This document shows, one piece after another, positions 13,001 to 26,366 of a stretch of DNA of 64,000 nucleotides (position 1 is the stretch's first letter; each line of letters begins with the position of its first letter). The position numbers and the translations under genes are program-made. Source of the stretch: Octopus vulgaris (Eukaryota); contig OX597815.1 in assembly GCA_951406725.2 (NCBI GenBank), positions 16,368,001 through 16,432,000 on the forward strand, read 5' to 3'. The notes beneath the pieces were generated by a model, which saw only the letters and a program-made list of their open reading frames with translations, did no database searches and was not told the DNA's origin.

Positions 13001-13826
13001 CCTTCAAAGTGTGATGTGATGTAGTGGTCTTGTATGTATGTATGTATGTATGTATGTATGTATGTATGTATGTATGTATGTATGTATGTATCAATCAAAA
13101 ACCACAATTATTTTAGCACTAGCGTGTAGTGCGTATTATAAACGAGATAAATTTTTACTGAGATTTCGTTTCCGGGAATTAAAGGTATGCCTTAAACACG
13201 AATGAATATGGCATGCTAATTTATTCAGGTACACTTACAAGATTTCATGCGTCAATTGCTGCCGTAGTTGGACATACAGGCATTGCATATACATGAATGA
13301 CTACCGACTTTATTAATATTCTTGCGTTACACTTTAACGCTATTTAACATTTGTATGTCCAATACTATAAACACAGTAAACTGAATATTCTACAGTTTAT
13401 CCCGTGGTTGCTTCTTTGCACATACAATACCAGTTCTTGATGGCTTCTACTTGGCTATGTCTTCCAGTTTTACTTCAATGAGAGACAATAAGGCACTATC
13501 TATCATAAGCAATTATCAACTTTGGGATTTGTTTAGCTTAATTAGATCTAGTGTTGTTTGTTTCTGTGGTTTAGAGTGTGGACTCACAAGCAAAAACTCA
13601 AGAGGGATACTTAAATATTTTCATACCATCTTTTAGGGACAAAGAATAACCCCATAAAACAGAAATTCTATGATACTTTGTTCTACAATAATTCATACTT
13701 GATACTCAAATGGGTCTGGTATATAATACTATAATAATTGTATATTAAGATACCCAACTATTTCAAACTATACGAGTCCCTTTTTTGACTGACTCATGAA
13801 TTCTTAGACGAATCATCATCACCACT

Positions 13827-13884
<58 letters not shown>

Positions 13885-13984
13885 TTTAAGGTCTGTGTTC
13901 CATGCTGGCATGGTCTTGACGGTTCGACAGGAACTGGCGAGCCTGAGGACTGCGTTTTGTGTGTGTGTGTGTATGTGTGTGTGT

Positions 13985-14031
<47 letters not shown>

Positions 14032-15017
14032 CGCGCGCGCGTGTATTCAACTGTGTAGCTATTTGCAACTTCAGTGACTTCATTTACTGTCTTCCTATAT
14101 CGGTGGCGACAAATTTCGCTTTGGCACGCAGTTAGTTGTTAAGTACATGCTACCGACAATGTCCCGTGAGGAAGAAATGCGTCTAGCGTTCTCATTAGCC
14201 GCTGCTTACACGATTTCCATTTACCTCCGATATTTACTGTGTTTTTAACATAGCACATCTATAAAAGATACTAGCAGTATAGCCCGGCTTTGCCCGAGAT
14301 TAAGTTAAGATTATTAAGCTAATCAAGTTCTTTATTTCAAACCAAACTAAGTAACATCGACGTCAAATTTGAGCGAAATCTGTTGAAATTGGTAAACTTT
14401 TGGTTGAAAATCTGTTGCAGACAACTTGATTGGGAAATCCCATAAGGAATCAGTTTATCGATTTTTTCCACTCATCGATTTTCTTTTTCTGTTTTTGTTT
14501 TTGGAGAACTTAAAGCATTCAAAGATCCCATGAGTCCTAAGTAATGCTGGCATCAAGTTTGAACAAAATACATCAAAATTGGTAGACGTTATGGTTGAAA
14601 ATGGGGTGTAGCCGATTTTATTGGGAAATCTTATAAGGAATCGGTTTAGCGATTTTTAAAAATCCTGATTAAATGGAAAACCCCATAAGGAATCAGTTTA
14701 TTGATTTTTCACCCCAAATAGGACTTAACTGAACACAACATTGCTGATTCAAAAACATCTATATTTATATTTAAAGTTGGTTTTCCCACCCAACTCAGTT
14801 CTGCAGAATCAGTGTCGTGACGGGAGCGCTTGGGTTGGCAGTTTGATCGGCACAGGTGATCAGGTTGCACATGCCAGCCCTTTGAAAACACGACCCCCAT
14901 CATCTAACCCCCTTTGTCCATGGGTTGGGAACCCTTCTAGCAAGGAACATAAAATGCCCAAAAGGGCTCCCGATCCTCTGTGTCAGAAGCGGTTACGTTC
15001 AGATTACAACTAAGTTT

Positions 15018-15048
<31 letters not shown>

Positions 15049-15374
15049 GTGAGGGCGCGTGGCTTAGTGGTTAGGGCATTCGGCTCATGATCGTAAGGTT
15101 GTGAGTTCGATTCCCGGCGACGCGTTGTGTCCTTGAGCAAGACACTTTATTTCACGTTGCTCCAGTCCACTCAGCTGGCAAAAATGAGTTGTACTTGTAT
15201 TTCAAAGGGTCAGCCTTGTCACTCTCTGTGTCACGCTGATTATCCCCGAGAACTACGTTAAGAGTACACGTGTCTGTGGAATGCTCAGCCATTTGCACGT
15301 TAATTTCACGAGCAAGCTGTTCCGTTGATCGTATCAGCTGGGACCCTCGTCGTCGTAACCGGCGGAGTCTTTAA

Positions 15375-15409
<35 letters not shown>

Positions 15410-17619
15410 TACACACACACGTACTACGTACGTACAGCTATTGCATACATGTTCTTTGTACGTATACATGTTCGCGCGCGCGCGTGTTGCCCGTATATCG
15501 ACAAAACACTTAAAAGTCTTACTCGTCGCTAGAAGGGGACTTAACCAGATTTGCAGAAGAATGGTGATGTCTGTACTGAAGTCCATGCTTTTCTCATGAA
15601 TAATAATGGCACAGGTGTAGTGGAATGCTTTCAATTGTGTGTGTGTGTGTGTACGTGTGTATGTGTGCATGTATGTGTGACATACGTATGTTTGTGAGTG
15701 TGTGGGTATGGGTTCGTGTGTGTGAGACACTGATACGATACATTTTATCTCGTATAATCGAAGCATTGATTGGTTGAATCTACACGTCACCATTTCTGTA
15801 ACAATTGTACTAAAGGCAAGGTTGTCTACCTCACGTTCAATCCTCATCCCTTTTTCAGTAGAGCCTGGAACCGGTTATGCCGAGTACCGACCTGGAATTC
15901 CGACGTCGAAAAGGAATCGTAACCTTCTTAAAGGCCCATTTCCGAGTACTGTCCGTCGGAGGTAGCTGAGCCTGAATTTCCCATAAGGTACTATAGTAAT
16001 GTCTGAGGTCATTGCCAAGTAGTAAACAACGGTTAGAAGCTGTCGGAGTTGAGTAGCCTCTGCGAGCTCAGTGTCAGTAACACATTTTTTACCCTCAAGT
16101 GTATCTACAAATCTACATGGACTTCATCGTGCAGTGACATGAGTAATGAGGTCAACTGCATGTGTTTGATGGTGGTCATCCTTGTAAAATGTCAGTAACT
16201 TCTGCGAGAAAGATGTTGGTTCAGATCACGATTTGATGTTAAGTATGATTCGCTAAAAACTAAAGAAAATATAAACAGTAAATACTGAGCAGTCCTTTGA
16301 AGCAGAAGTTGTGTTCAATCAGAGACGGCAAAGAACAATTTTCAAACTTTAAAAAGAGAGTCTAATCGCGTAGGATGGCAGATTTGTTTCCAACAATTTA
16401 TAATGTCAGGTGCTGACGAAGTACAGGAATGAAAATCTAACCGTAACGCGAAATTCTGTAATGTAGAATTAATTTTTCTGTTGATTTTCGTAACATCAAA
16501 TGAGATTGCTTTCCTACAGACATTTTCGAAAAAAAAATGCACAAGAAAATAAAGAACAAACAACACGTTCATCTTTATACATGAAAATATCAATTTCTAA
16601 ACATACACGGTACAATATAGATATTTAGATGGGGTATGTTGTATTCCATTTAATGTGATTCTACTCAGAAGGCTGTAATATCATTTGAGAGGAAACCTTG
16701 TATAAAGAATACATAAAACAAGGCTGTGATTTTATATACCTTTAATGTGGCCACTCGTATATACACAAGCTGAATGATATTATGAAAATGGTTTGATGCG
16801 TGGAGGCCATGGTCTTCTCCTGTGCGTTGTCTCCTGTCTGTGAGAGAGAGACAGTTAGGTTACGTCTTCACAGTTTCGTGTTCCGATGCAGAAAGAGATA
16901 GTCGTAAAGGCTCTAGTGTTTAACGCCATCTAGCTTGTTGAACCCCGCTGTCAAGCGGGGTAACTGCGCCTATAGATACATGAAAGCACAAAAACACATT
17001 TCAAGAGCAAATAAGAACCTACAGTATAGTAGACCCCATAGCCACTCATAATAAGGAGTTCTGGTGGAATATCCCAGTGAAAATCCCCATAAAATGTAAA
17101 CATAATAGACCTGACATAGTGATTTGGGATAGAGAAGAGAAACTGTGAACAAATAGTAGAAATCAGCCGCCCAGCAAATATTAGCATAAAGCTAAAGATT
17201 AGCGAAAAGAAAATACGCTGAACTATTGAGAAATCTGCAGTTACTCTATCCAGATTACAAGTTCAGGTTTATACTTGTAATTATTGGAGCACTGGGATAT
17301 GTAGCACATTGCTTAAATACCGATCTTGAGAAATTAGGCTTCCCAAAACCAGAAAGGAGAAAGCTGATTCGAAGACTACAGATCCAATCAATCACTGGAA
17401 CTGTCAAAATTTGTAAAACTCTCCAGATATTTATCATCTAAGTATATATGCGCATGCCTAGATATGCTCTATGCATAAGAATATATACATAAAACAAAAC
17501 ATATAAATCTGTACCTGCACTGATTTCAAATAATGCAAATATATACACATGCATGCAAAAATTCCCTTAATCCTTAAATCCTTAAAAATGTTTCAGCCTG
17601 AAGGCTGCGGCCATGCTGG

Positions 17620-17900
17620 GGCACCACCGTTGAATGAGCTACACTAGTATGTGAAACCACCTCTGATACGTGGCACTTGATCAACAAGGGAGTTCGATGC
17701 CGCTGCCCGCATCTGTGTTTCCTGCCGAGAGGTAGGTTCATCTGGGACCCCTGACAAGAAGAGATCCAGTTTAGTTTTAAAGAGACCCACATCCACACCA
17801 TGCAGGTCTCTCAGGCATTTAGGAAGGATATTGAAGAGCTGTGGTCCTCTGAACCCCAAGCTGTTGCAGTATCTGGTCCTGTATTTTGATGGTGATATTG
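17620..17900 (-). mobile_element. LINE ORF2 C-terminal fragment (CR1/L2/Jockey-group-like)
   Basis: FRGPQLFNILPKCLRD...FKTKLDLFLSGVPDEP. Confidence 0.6.
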
Positions 17901-19864
17901 TTGATGTTGTTGAAATTTTAATGAAGGTGTCTTGGATCTAGATTAGAAACTGTTTTTTTCTGTTGGCAAGAAATCTTGAAATAAAACTGAATAATGACAT
18001 ACATACATACATACATACATACATACATACATACATACATACATACATACATACATACATACATACATACATACATACATACATACATACATACATACAT
18101 ACATGCATGCATGCATGCATGCATGCATACTGCATGCACGCGCGCGAACACACACACACACACACAAATTTTAGCAGCAGGTGACATACGGATATATTCT
18201 TTCTTGACAAAATATAGAGGAAACATTGTGAAACTACATAAGAACTGTGTTTAAAAACACTCAGTAAAAACACTCACGAATTATTCAAAACTAACAACTA
18301 CAGATTAATATTGAACTAATGTGAAATATATTAATAAAATTCCGACCGACCAATGGATTTTAAAACCCTCCTTTTTTACTGTTCTATTCTGAATGACATT
18401 AGACTTGTTACTAGAATCTTCTTATTCCCCTTGTAATAAACAGATATCATTATATGAAATTTAATCTATCGAATCAAGACTAGTGTAATTAGATAGCGTT
18501 TGTTCAATTAGTTTTAAAAGAGCGACAATTGAAGTTTTCAGTATTCTTTGTGTATGTTCTTATTCTCTCGCTGTCGTCGTCCACGATTTCGGTTTTCTTG
18601 TGATTTCGTGGCGGCCAGATGTTGCTGTTATGTCTGTCTGAATTACGATAAGTATCTAATCTCTTGATGTCGAAGTCGGAGATCGTCTGAAAGGAAACAT
18701 CTGTTTAATTATTACTGTTATTGTTACAACGCTTATTGTTTGTATTGTAACTCTAATCCACACGACAATATAGGGACCATTTTGTGCCTGTTTTTCTGGC
18801 AGTCAGTAGCTGAGCGGAATTCTGCTAAAAGGTTTCCACAGGTGAAGTAACATAGAGAGTTCAGAAACATCTCTATAATCTGCAGATGTAAATATACAAA
18901 CGAATGTGGGTATTTTTCGAGACAGGCGCCTTCCAGTCTGTTTAGCTTTTATTGAGAGATCAATTTGCCGGCTTCGGCTTAATTCACGTTTGTTTCAGTT
19001 AGAATCACACATACAAGAAAAGAAAGCAAAAGTTTCAAGGAAGAAACTTGTTCAAGATAATTTCTTTAAAAGGATACTTAATCTATATTAATACTATATA
19101 TCTCGATAGGTTCTGCCGAAGTTGTCCCGGATTTAATGATATTTTTAAAAGCTTTGAAACAGAGAAATACATATTCTTCATCCATTATTACACTATTTTT
19201 CCGATAGAGAATTATAAATTCTGTCCATCATAATAAACAAAGCTATCAGATAATATTGGACAATAATTTTATTTACATTTTATACTGGTCAGTAAACCAA
19301 CGTGGCCTGTAATAAGCTATGCCGGACATTTTAAATAGTACCCATGTTATGAGGCTTCGATTTCAACAAAAATACACGCAGAATGAATATAAATGTTACA
19401 GATAAACTTGAAGGACTGATTGTTACCGATGTAGGTAACGCTATTTGAAGCAGGTTCGCATGCTCACAAAATATTCGTTGGGGATCAACGACAGTTATCT
19501 GGAACATTCTAGAACATGCCAAGTGAACGTGGTTAGCTCCCCCTTTGTTAACTTACTAAGTGTAACTATGAAACAACACCCAGGAGGGCGCTAGTAGCAT
19601 ATCGCCTATTTAAGAGTGCATCTCGATCGGACTTTTTTTTTCCACGTTTTACATTTACGTATCATTTCAAGCATTGATATTTAGGGTTAGGGTTAGGGTT
19701 AGGAAGGCGGCGAGCTGGCAGAATTGTTAGCACGCCGGACAAAATGCTTTGTGGCACTGAGTTCTGAGTTCAAATTCCACCGAGGTCGATTTTTCCTTTC
19801 ACTCTTTCGGGGTTGGTTAAATTACGTACCAGTTTAGTGCTGAGGCGGATGTGATCGACTTTTC

Positions 19865-20277
19865 GGATCTTTTCGGTTTGAACGGCAGTTTTTTCTAGCG
19901 GTGTCATATGAAATTGTCACCCATAATTATGACCCTAGTATCGATCTATTGCATTTCAATGTTTTAGGGTTAGGGATGGGGGGAAGGGTATCTTTTTTTC
20001 TCCGGAAATGTAAATAAACCCAATCTGTTGCTTAAACGAGGGACATATTCATACGGCACAGAATGTTTTTTTTACCTCAATAGATGTCAGTGATTGGTTG
20101 AAATTGCAGAAATTGAAGAAAAAAAACCCAACAAATATCTTACAAACTATAGAATTTTCTCAATAAAGCCAAGAGAAAAAGATGTTTTATAAACACATTC
20201 TACCAGTATACGAAGTTAAAATTTTTTTAGTTACCTAGAAATTATGTTTAAAACTGCCGTTCAAACCGAAAAGATCC
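19865..20277. mobile_element. MITE with about 28-bp TIRs inserted in a family B SINE
   Basis: GGATCTTTTCGGTTTGAACGGCAGTTTT TIRs; TSD GACTTTTC (19857-19864, 20278-20285). Confidence 0.9.
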
Positions 20278-22847
20278 GACTTTTCCCTTTCCCCAAATTT
20301 CAGGCCTTGTGCCTATAGTAGGAAGGATATTTAAAGAACCCCGAAGCAAAAGAATTTACATAACGATTATATATTTTGTTTCGTCATGCAGTCGGTGGCA
20401 GAATAGCAGACAATCCACAATGTAGTAGTAAGGCACATTTGTCTATGTTCAGAATTTATATTCTACTAGGGTCGCTTTAACTTTCATTAATCTATGGTCA
20501 AAAGGCAGCTAGTCTTTATATTTATCGAACCCTTTCATTCGTTCAGGGATAAAATAAAGTATCAGTCAATAAAGTATCAGATGGTATCGACTAACTCTCT
20601 AAATCAGAACAGTTATTCAAGGGTCGGTTTAACCAAATACTGGTCCTGTAATAAAGTTTACAAATCTATTTTGTGATCGTATATCAATATACGATATTAA
20701 TTTATTGTTAATTTATTATATCAATATAATAAATTAATATTTGAACAATATATCTAATTATTTTCAGATTAGTTGTTAGTATCGATTTCTTGGACTGTCA
20801 ACTTCCTGTTTCTCTATAAAACGCCACGTTGTCTTTTACAAAAGGAAAAACCCGTTGGTTTACTAGAAATAGTAACCAAATCTCTCTGACATCAAATATT
20901 ACCGTCGTAAAACAAAAACAAAAAAACGGCACATTGGATAGTGTAGTCCGAAGCATACCTATTGCTGAAAGAGATGAAATGATTATGGCTTGAATGAATG
21001 TTTTTCATCATTGGCCTACAAGATAAGAGCCAAATCGCAGCGGCTAAATAATAACCCCGTCGAAAAGTTGAGGTTTAAAACACTGAAAAGTTTTCCTTAT
21101 TTTTAGCATTTGTAAACTTCTTTAACCAAAAAGAGAGCAATCCACCAGTGATACTACACACACACACACACACTCTATTTTTTCTTTTCTACTCCAGGCA
21201 CAAGCCCCGAAATTTTGGGGGAGTGGGGCCAGTCGATTAGATCGACTCCAATACGCAACTGGTACTTAATTTATGGATCCCGAAAAGATGAAAGGCAAAG
21301 TCGACCTCGGCAGAATTTGAACTCAGAATGTAAAGATAGACGAAATACCTATTTCTTTACTACCCACAAGGGGCTAAACACAGAGAGGACAAACACGGAC
21401 AGACAAACGGATTAAGTCGATTACATCGACCCCAGTGCGTAACTGGTACTTATTTAATCGACCCCGAAAGGATGAAAGGCAAAGTCGACCTCGGCAGAAT
21501 TTGAACTCAGAACGTAGCGGCAGACGAAATACCGTTAAGCATTTCGCCCGGCGTGCTAACGTTTCTGCCAGCTCGCCGCCTTCAAACACCTGAAATATTA
21601 TGATGTTCTTCATATTATGTATGACATCAATTCCTTTTCCAGATACGCGGCTCCAAACAATGACATTGCTATCCACCAGAATTAACCACCCGATTCATGC
21701 AATCTGGGTGGAACTTTTATTTTGTACGGCGTACTCTCGGCCATCAGAGCCAATTGTTAAATTTTTGATCCATCTGACGAAAGATTTTACAGTAGTCTCA
21801 CAGCATCCAATTGTTATACTCTTCGACACATTGAATGTGTGTATTCTGGTTTTTCATAGAAGCATACGTCTTTTTAATGCACAATGTCCGACAAAACCAA
21901 ATTGTTTTAATCGATTTTTGATGTTAGTGAAACCAATTTGTAAGTAGTATTTGATAAAAGGCGAAGTTGACCTCGGAAGGATTTGAACTATGAATGCAAA
22001 GAGACGTAACTGAAAAGTATTTTGCTGTCGGGCGTCCTACAAATTTTGCCAAATATACTGTTTTTTTAAAATCATAAATAAAATATCTAATCTTGCGCTA
22101 AAATGTTGGTCATTTTTAAGAGTAGCGATGTTCTGTCTGGGCTAAAAGTAAATGAAATTAATCTCAGTCAAAATATCGATCGATTAACCACATTTTCTTT
22201 CTTTCAAAAGTTGTTTTACAACAAATTTAGTGAAACAAATTTTATAGTCGGTGTCTATGTTTTTTTTACGCCACGTTAAGATCAGATCACATCTACTAGG
22301 TGATTTTATAAAATCACTAGTTTGACAAATACGGTAAAATCTGTGCTTTACTGAGGAGGTTTAAAACAGATACATCATGTCCGATGTTGTTCCTCGTACT
22401 TGCTGAAAAAACGAAAATAATATTAATCAGTGATTAATAATGCATTTTCCTAGAGCGGTGAGCTGGCAGAATCGTTAACATACCGGTCAAAATGCTTAGC
22501 GGCTTTTCACCCGCCTTTTCGTTTTGAGCTCAAATTCCGTCGTGGTCGACTTTGGTTTTCATCCATATTTTTTTTGGGGGGGTGGGGTGATAAAATAAGT
22601 ATCAGTTGAGTACTGGGGTCAGTTTAATCGATTCAACCCCTCCCCGAAAACTGCTGGCCTTGTGCCAAAATTTGAAGCCAATATTGTCTTTTCCTCGCCA
22701 CATAATTATTTCTAGGTAACTTTCTTAATGCTTAACTTTATATTTATTTAAATTTTCAAACCACTGATATATTTGTCTAGTCTTAACTGCCTGTACACAG
22801 TTACGAGTTCTATATCACGTCGTGATGTTTTTATAACAAAGGTTTAT

Positions 22848-23170
22848 GGTACTCCGTCGGTTACGATGACGAGGGTTCCAGTTGATCCGATCGACGGAAC
22901 AGCTTTCTCGTGAAATTAACGTGCAAATGGCTGAGCACTCCACAGACACGTGTACCCATAACTAGTTCTCAGGGAGATTCAGCGTGACACACGATGTGAC
23001 AAGGCTGGTACCAGTCATACAGGTACTACTCATTTTTGCCAGCTGAGTGAACTGGAGTAATGTGAAATAAAGTGTCTTGCTCAAGGACACAATCCACTGC
23101 CGGGAATCGAACTTATGGCCTTATGATTGTGAGCCAAATGTCCCTAACCACTAAGCCACGCGCCTTCTCA
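22848..23170 (-). mobile_element. tRNA-derived SINE, sister family with the same tail and a different centre; relatives at 15051-15370 (+), 62640-62965 (+) and 8135-8415 (-)
   Basis: tRNA head, CCTTGAGCAAGACACTTTATTTCAC centre, tail shared with family T. AACAAAGGTT repeated on both flanks. Confidence 0.85.
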
Positions 23171-23465
23171 CAACAAAGGTTATAAAGAGGTATACTGGTG
23201 ATGGTCAGTCTCGGCAACAGTTTGATATCGTGAAGAAAATAAGGTGTAAAATCTCGGGCCTTCCTTTATCATTTAAGTGTAAGAAAATGAGAAAAATCAC
23301 GTGGTGTTGTTGGGGCTGGAGACCACGTGTTTCAGTATGACACTATGAACTCTGATATATATATTCCGTACCGTGTTTCAGGTCGAAAAGAAGAAAAACA
23401 AACAAACAGCTGCTGTTTGTTACAGCCAATAGGTTTAAATCGCCTATTCATTTGTGTCACCATTG

Positions 23466-23852
23466 GATGGAAGCACTCCGTCGGTTACGACGACGAGGGT
23501 TCCGGTTGATCCGAATCAACGGAACAGCCTGCTCGTGAAATTAACGTGCAAGTGGCTGAGCACTCCACAGACACGTGTACCCTTAACGTAGTTCTCGGGG
23601 ATATTCAGCGTGACACAGAGAGTTACAAGGCCGGCCCTTTGAAATACAGGTACAACAGAAACAGGAAGTAAGAGTGAGAGAAAGTTGTGGTGAAAGAGTA
23701 CAGCAGGGATCACCACCATCCCCTGCCGGAGCCTCGTGGAGCTTTAGGTGTTTTCGCTCAATAAACACTCACATCGCCCGGTCTGGGAATCGAAACCGCG
23801 ATCCTATGACCGCGGGTCCGCTGCCCTAACCACTGGGCCATTGCGCCTCCAC
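23466..23852 (-). mobile_element. tRNA-derived SINE (family T), young full-length copy
   Basis: Perfect 13-bp TSD TGTGTCACCATTG (23453-23465, 23853-23865); highly similar to 728-1114 and 37832-38219. Confidence 0.93.
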
Positions 23853-24926
23853 TGTGTCACCATTGCGTAGTATATGAGGGCAATGTCGTTGCAGGACGGT
23901 ATATATAGTTATTAAATCATCGACTCCAAAGTGACCCGAACTGAGTTCAAATACCATCGGGCCGATGAATTAATTACTATCTATCTATCTATCTATCTAT
24001 CTAGTGTAATCGACTTAATCCATTTGTCTGTCCTTGTTTGTCCTCTCTGTGTTTAGCCCATTGTGGGTAGTAAAGAAATAGGTATTTCGTCTGCCGTTAC
24101 GTTCTGAGTTCCAATTCCGCCGAGGGTCGATTAAATAAGTACCAGTTACGCACTGAGGTCGATATAATCGATTTAATCCCTTTGTTTGTCCGCTCTATGT
24201 TTAGCCCCCTGTGGGCAATAAAGAAATAAATATAGGAATAGTCAGAGTAATGACTTGTCAAATTTAGAAGAGCCATGTGATATTTACAATAATTCCCTCT
24301 CATTGTGTTCTGAGTTCGATCCTTGACAAGATTGTTTTTGTCTTTAATACTCTTGGATAAAAAAAAAAAGAGAGTCAAATACTGGGGTTGATTTAAGCGG
24401 CGATACCCTTCTTCGAAATACTGAGCCTTTGTGCCTATGTTAGAAATAATTAAGAATTAATACTAGAACACCTGAAGATTAAAGGTATTTTAGAATGAAA
24501 TGTTATGTTCACGAAAAAGAATCAGTTTTTGATATTAAATAATTTTTAGAGGCAAGCAACATAATTGCATCGCAATGAAATCTGTTAAAAATAATTTTGA
24601 AATTAAGCCACGTCTTATATATGTCTTCGTGAAAAATACCTTTTTTCCTTTTCTTCTCTCATTGTCTCTTAATCTAAGGCAATCAATATTACTCAATAAA
24701 GTATTGTATTCGTTGTTTTTTCAGGCAGTTAAAAATATTTTATTTGCATTGTTCCTGACCTTAAAATTGATTATCATTATGCCTTCTGACGCTTCTGCTT
24801 TTCCTGATCCACATCATTCAGCTGAAGGTGAAGCGTGTGATACTAGAACATATGTCTTAACATTGATCATATCTAATACAATGACAACTCACCAATGAAA
24901 TCTATTGCTTACACACATTCTCTCTA

Positions 24927-26366
24927 ATGATTTCTGTCATGGCTTTAGACAGAAAGTCTCGTTATTTCCTCATCTTTGTAGCTCCACTTTTAACGTATAT
25001 TACTCTCTCAGTATATCTCAAGAAACTCCATCACAAACAACAAACATTGAACCTTAGTACTCAAAAGCAGTTTGAATATGCTCCAACATTATCAAAACGG
25101 AATGAAGTAATTGGCAAAAGAAGAGGTTCACAGCCGGTGGTAGATGTCAGCAAACGAGTTATGGTTGATGAAATACCCAGGGATTTTCGGCGAGAAAATA
25201 ATGATGCCATAGAACAGAACATGCTTGAGTTAAATCAAAAGTTTGCTGAATCTGAAATCAAGAACGAGGAAGCTTTAGAAAGAAACCAGATGGAGGAGAA
25301 GAATATAAATTTATTATCTGAAAATAAGGAAGAGCATATATTTAAAGAAAAATTCATTGAAAAGCCAATTGCCGACCGAGAATTAAAATTGAAGTCCCAG
25401 GAAAAGAGAAAGGGAAAAAGTTATCAGGAAGAGCATATATTTAAAGAAAAATTCATTGAAAAGCCAATTGCCGACCGAGAATTAAAATTGAAGTCCCAGG
25501 AAAAGAGAAACGGAAAAAGTTATCAAATGAAAAATAATCCAATTTTTATAAGAAGAGAACCTGATATGAGATGGTGCCAGAAATACCGTGCGCGAATTTT
25601 GATTTTGATATTCTCGAGACCGGAAAATATTTACGAAAGGCAGATAATTCGAAAGACCTGGCTTAAAGATTTACCCAAAGAAATGTACGTAATATTTGTA
25701 GTTGGAAAGTCGGAATTTGATAAAGATACCTTGGAATCGGAAGAAGAATTTCAGGATATACTTCAGGGGGATTTTAAGGATCACAAACGCTCTGAGACAA
25801 CAAAATTTATGATGACTTTATTTTGGTTTAGTCAATTACAAAATTATTGTAAGGTCCCGAAGTTGGTCCTTAAAACTGTGGATAATATTTACATAAATGT
25901 GGCCGCTTTCCACGAATGGTTACGAACTAAATACACAGCTACTAAAAATGTCTATTTAGGCAGAGTAGTGAAAAATGACCAGCCAAATAGAGATCGTGCA
26001 AACCCCAGGTATGTTCCCAAGATAGCTTTTCATCACTATATTTTTCCGGATTATCTAAACGGACCTCAATATTTATTTTCGGCTGATGTAATCCAGAGAA
26101 TGTCATACGTTTCAAAATTAGTTTTTCCTATTGCTGTTGAGGACGCTTATATAGGTTTGCTTAGCGATCGTCTGCAAATAAAACCAATTCAAGACGAAAA
26201 TTTCCATCTTCTTATGAAGACTGCTAATGTGTGTATCAATGCCAAACTTCTTTTCATTTTCTGTAAATCTGCCAAAGAAATGAACAAATTACACAGGGAA
26301 ATAATTAACAGTAAAAAATCCTTCGAATGCCAGCCACCGCGAAGTCAGAAACATCTTGGGTTGTGA
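24927..26366 (+). CDS. GT31-family beta-1,3-galactosyltransferase/GlcNAc-transferase-like type II Golgi membrane protein, single coding exon (start could be the ATG at 24939)
   Basis: 479-aa ORF. N-terminal TM segment (YFLIFVAPLLTYITLSVYL), charged stem, then GT31 motifs RQIIRKTW, FVVG, DILQGDFKD, KTVDNIYIN, FPDYLNGPQY and EDAYIG. Likely 5'UTR splice acceptor TTTTTTCAG ending at 24724. Confidence 0.9.
   Translation: MISVMALDRKSRYFLIFVAPLLTYITLSVYLKKLHHKQQTLNLSTQKQFEYAPTLSKRNEVIGKRRGSQPVVDVSKRVMVDEIPRDFRRENNDAIEQNMLELNQKFAESEIKNEEALERNQMEEKNINLLSENKEEHIFKEKFIEKPIADRELKLKSQEKRKGKSYQEEHIFKEKFIEKPIADRELKLKSQEKRNGKSYQMKNNPIFIRREPDMRWCQKYRARILILIFSRPENIYERQIIRKTWLKDLPKEMYVIFVVGKSEFDKDTLESEEEFQDILQGDFKDHKRSETTKFMMTLFWFSQLQNYCKVPKLVLKTVDNIYINVAAFHEWLRTKYTATKNVYLGRVVKNDQPNRDRANPRYVPKIAFHHYIFPDYLNGPQYLFSADVIQRMSYVSKLVFPIAVEDAYIGLLSDRLQIKPIQDENFHLLMKTANVCINAKLLFIFCKSAKEMNKLHREIINSKKSFECQPPRSQKHLGL
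25329..25526 (+). repeat. In-frame 99-bp (33-aa) tandem duplication in the glycosyltransferase stem
   Basis: 25329-25427 and 25428-25526 both encode EEHIFKEKFIEKPIADRELKLKSQEKR(K/N)GKSYQ; 2 nucleotide differences. Confidence 0.97.

Noticed and set aside
19577-19594. CTCF-like motif CACCAGGAGGGCGCTA
   Set aside because: Spacing deviates from the consensus by one base, and a single motif is not supportable without data.
23780-23852. tRNA gene candidates (also 15051-15120, 62640-62710)
   Set aside because: They are heads of multi-copy SINEs continuous with SINE bodies and TSDs.
24463-24512. CUGAAGA...GAAA hammerhead-like string
   Set aside because: Stems II and III are not convincing and stem I is out of register; likely chance in AT-rich DNA.
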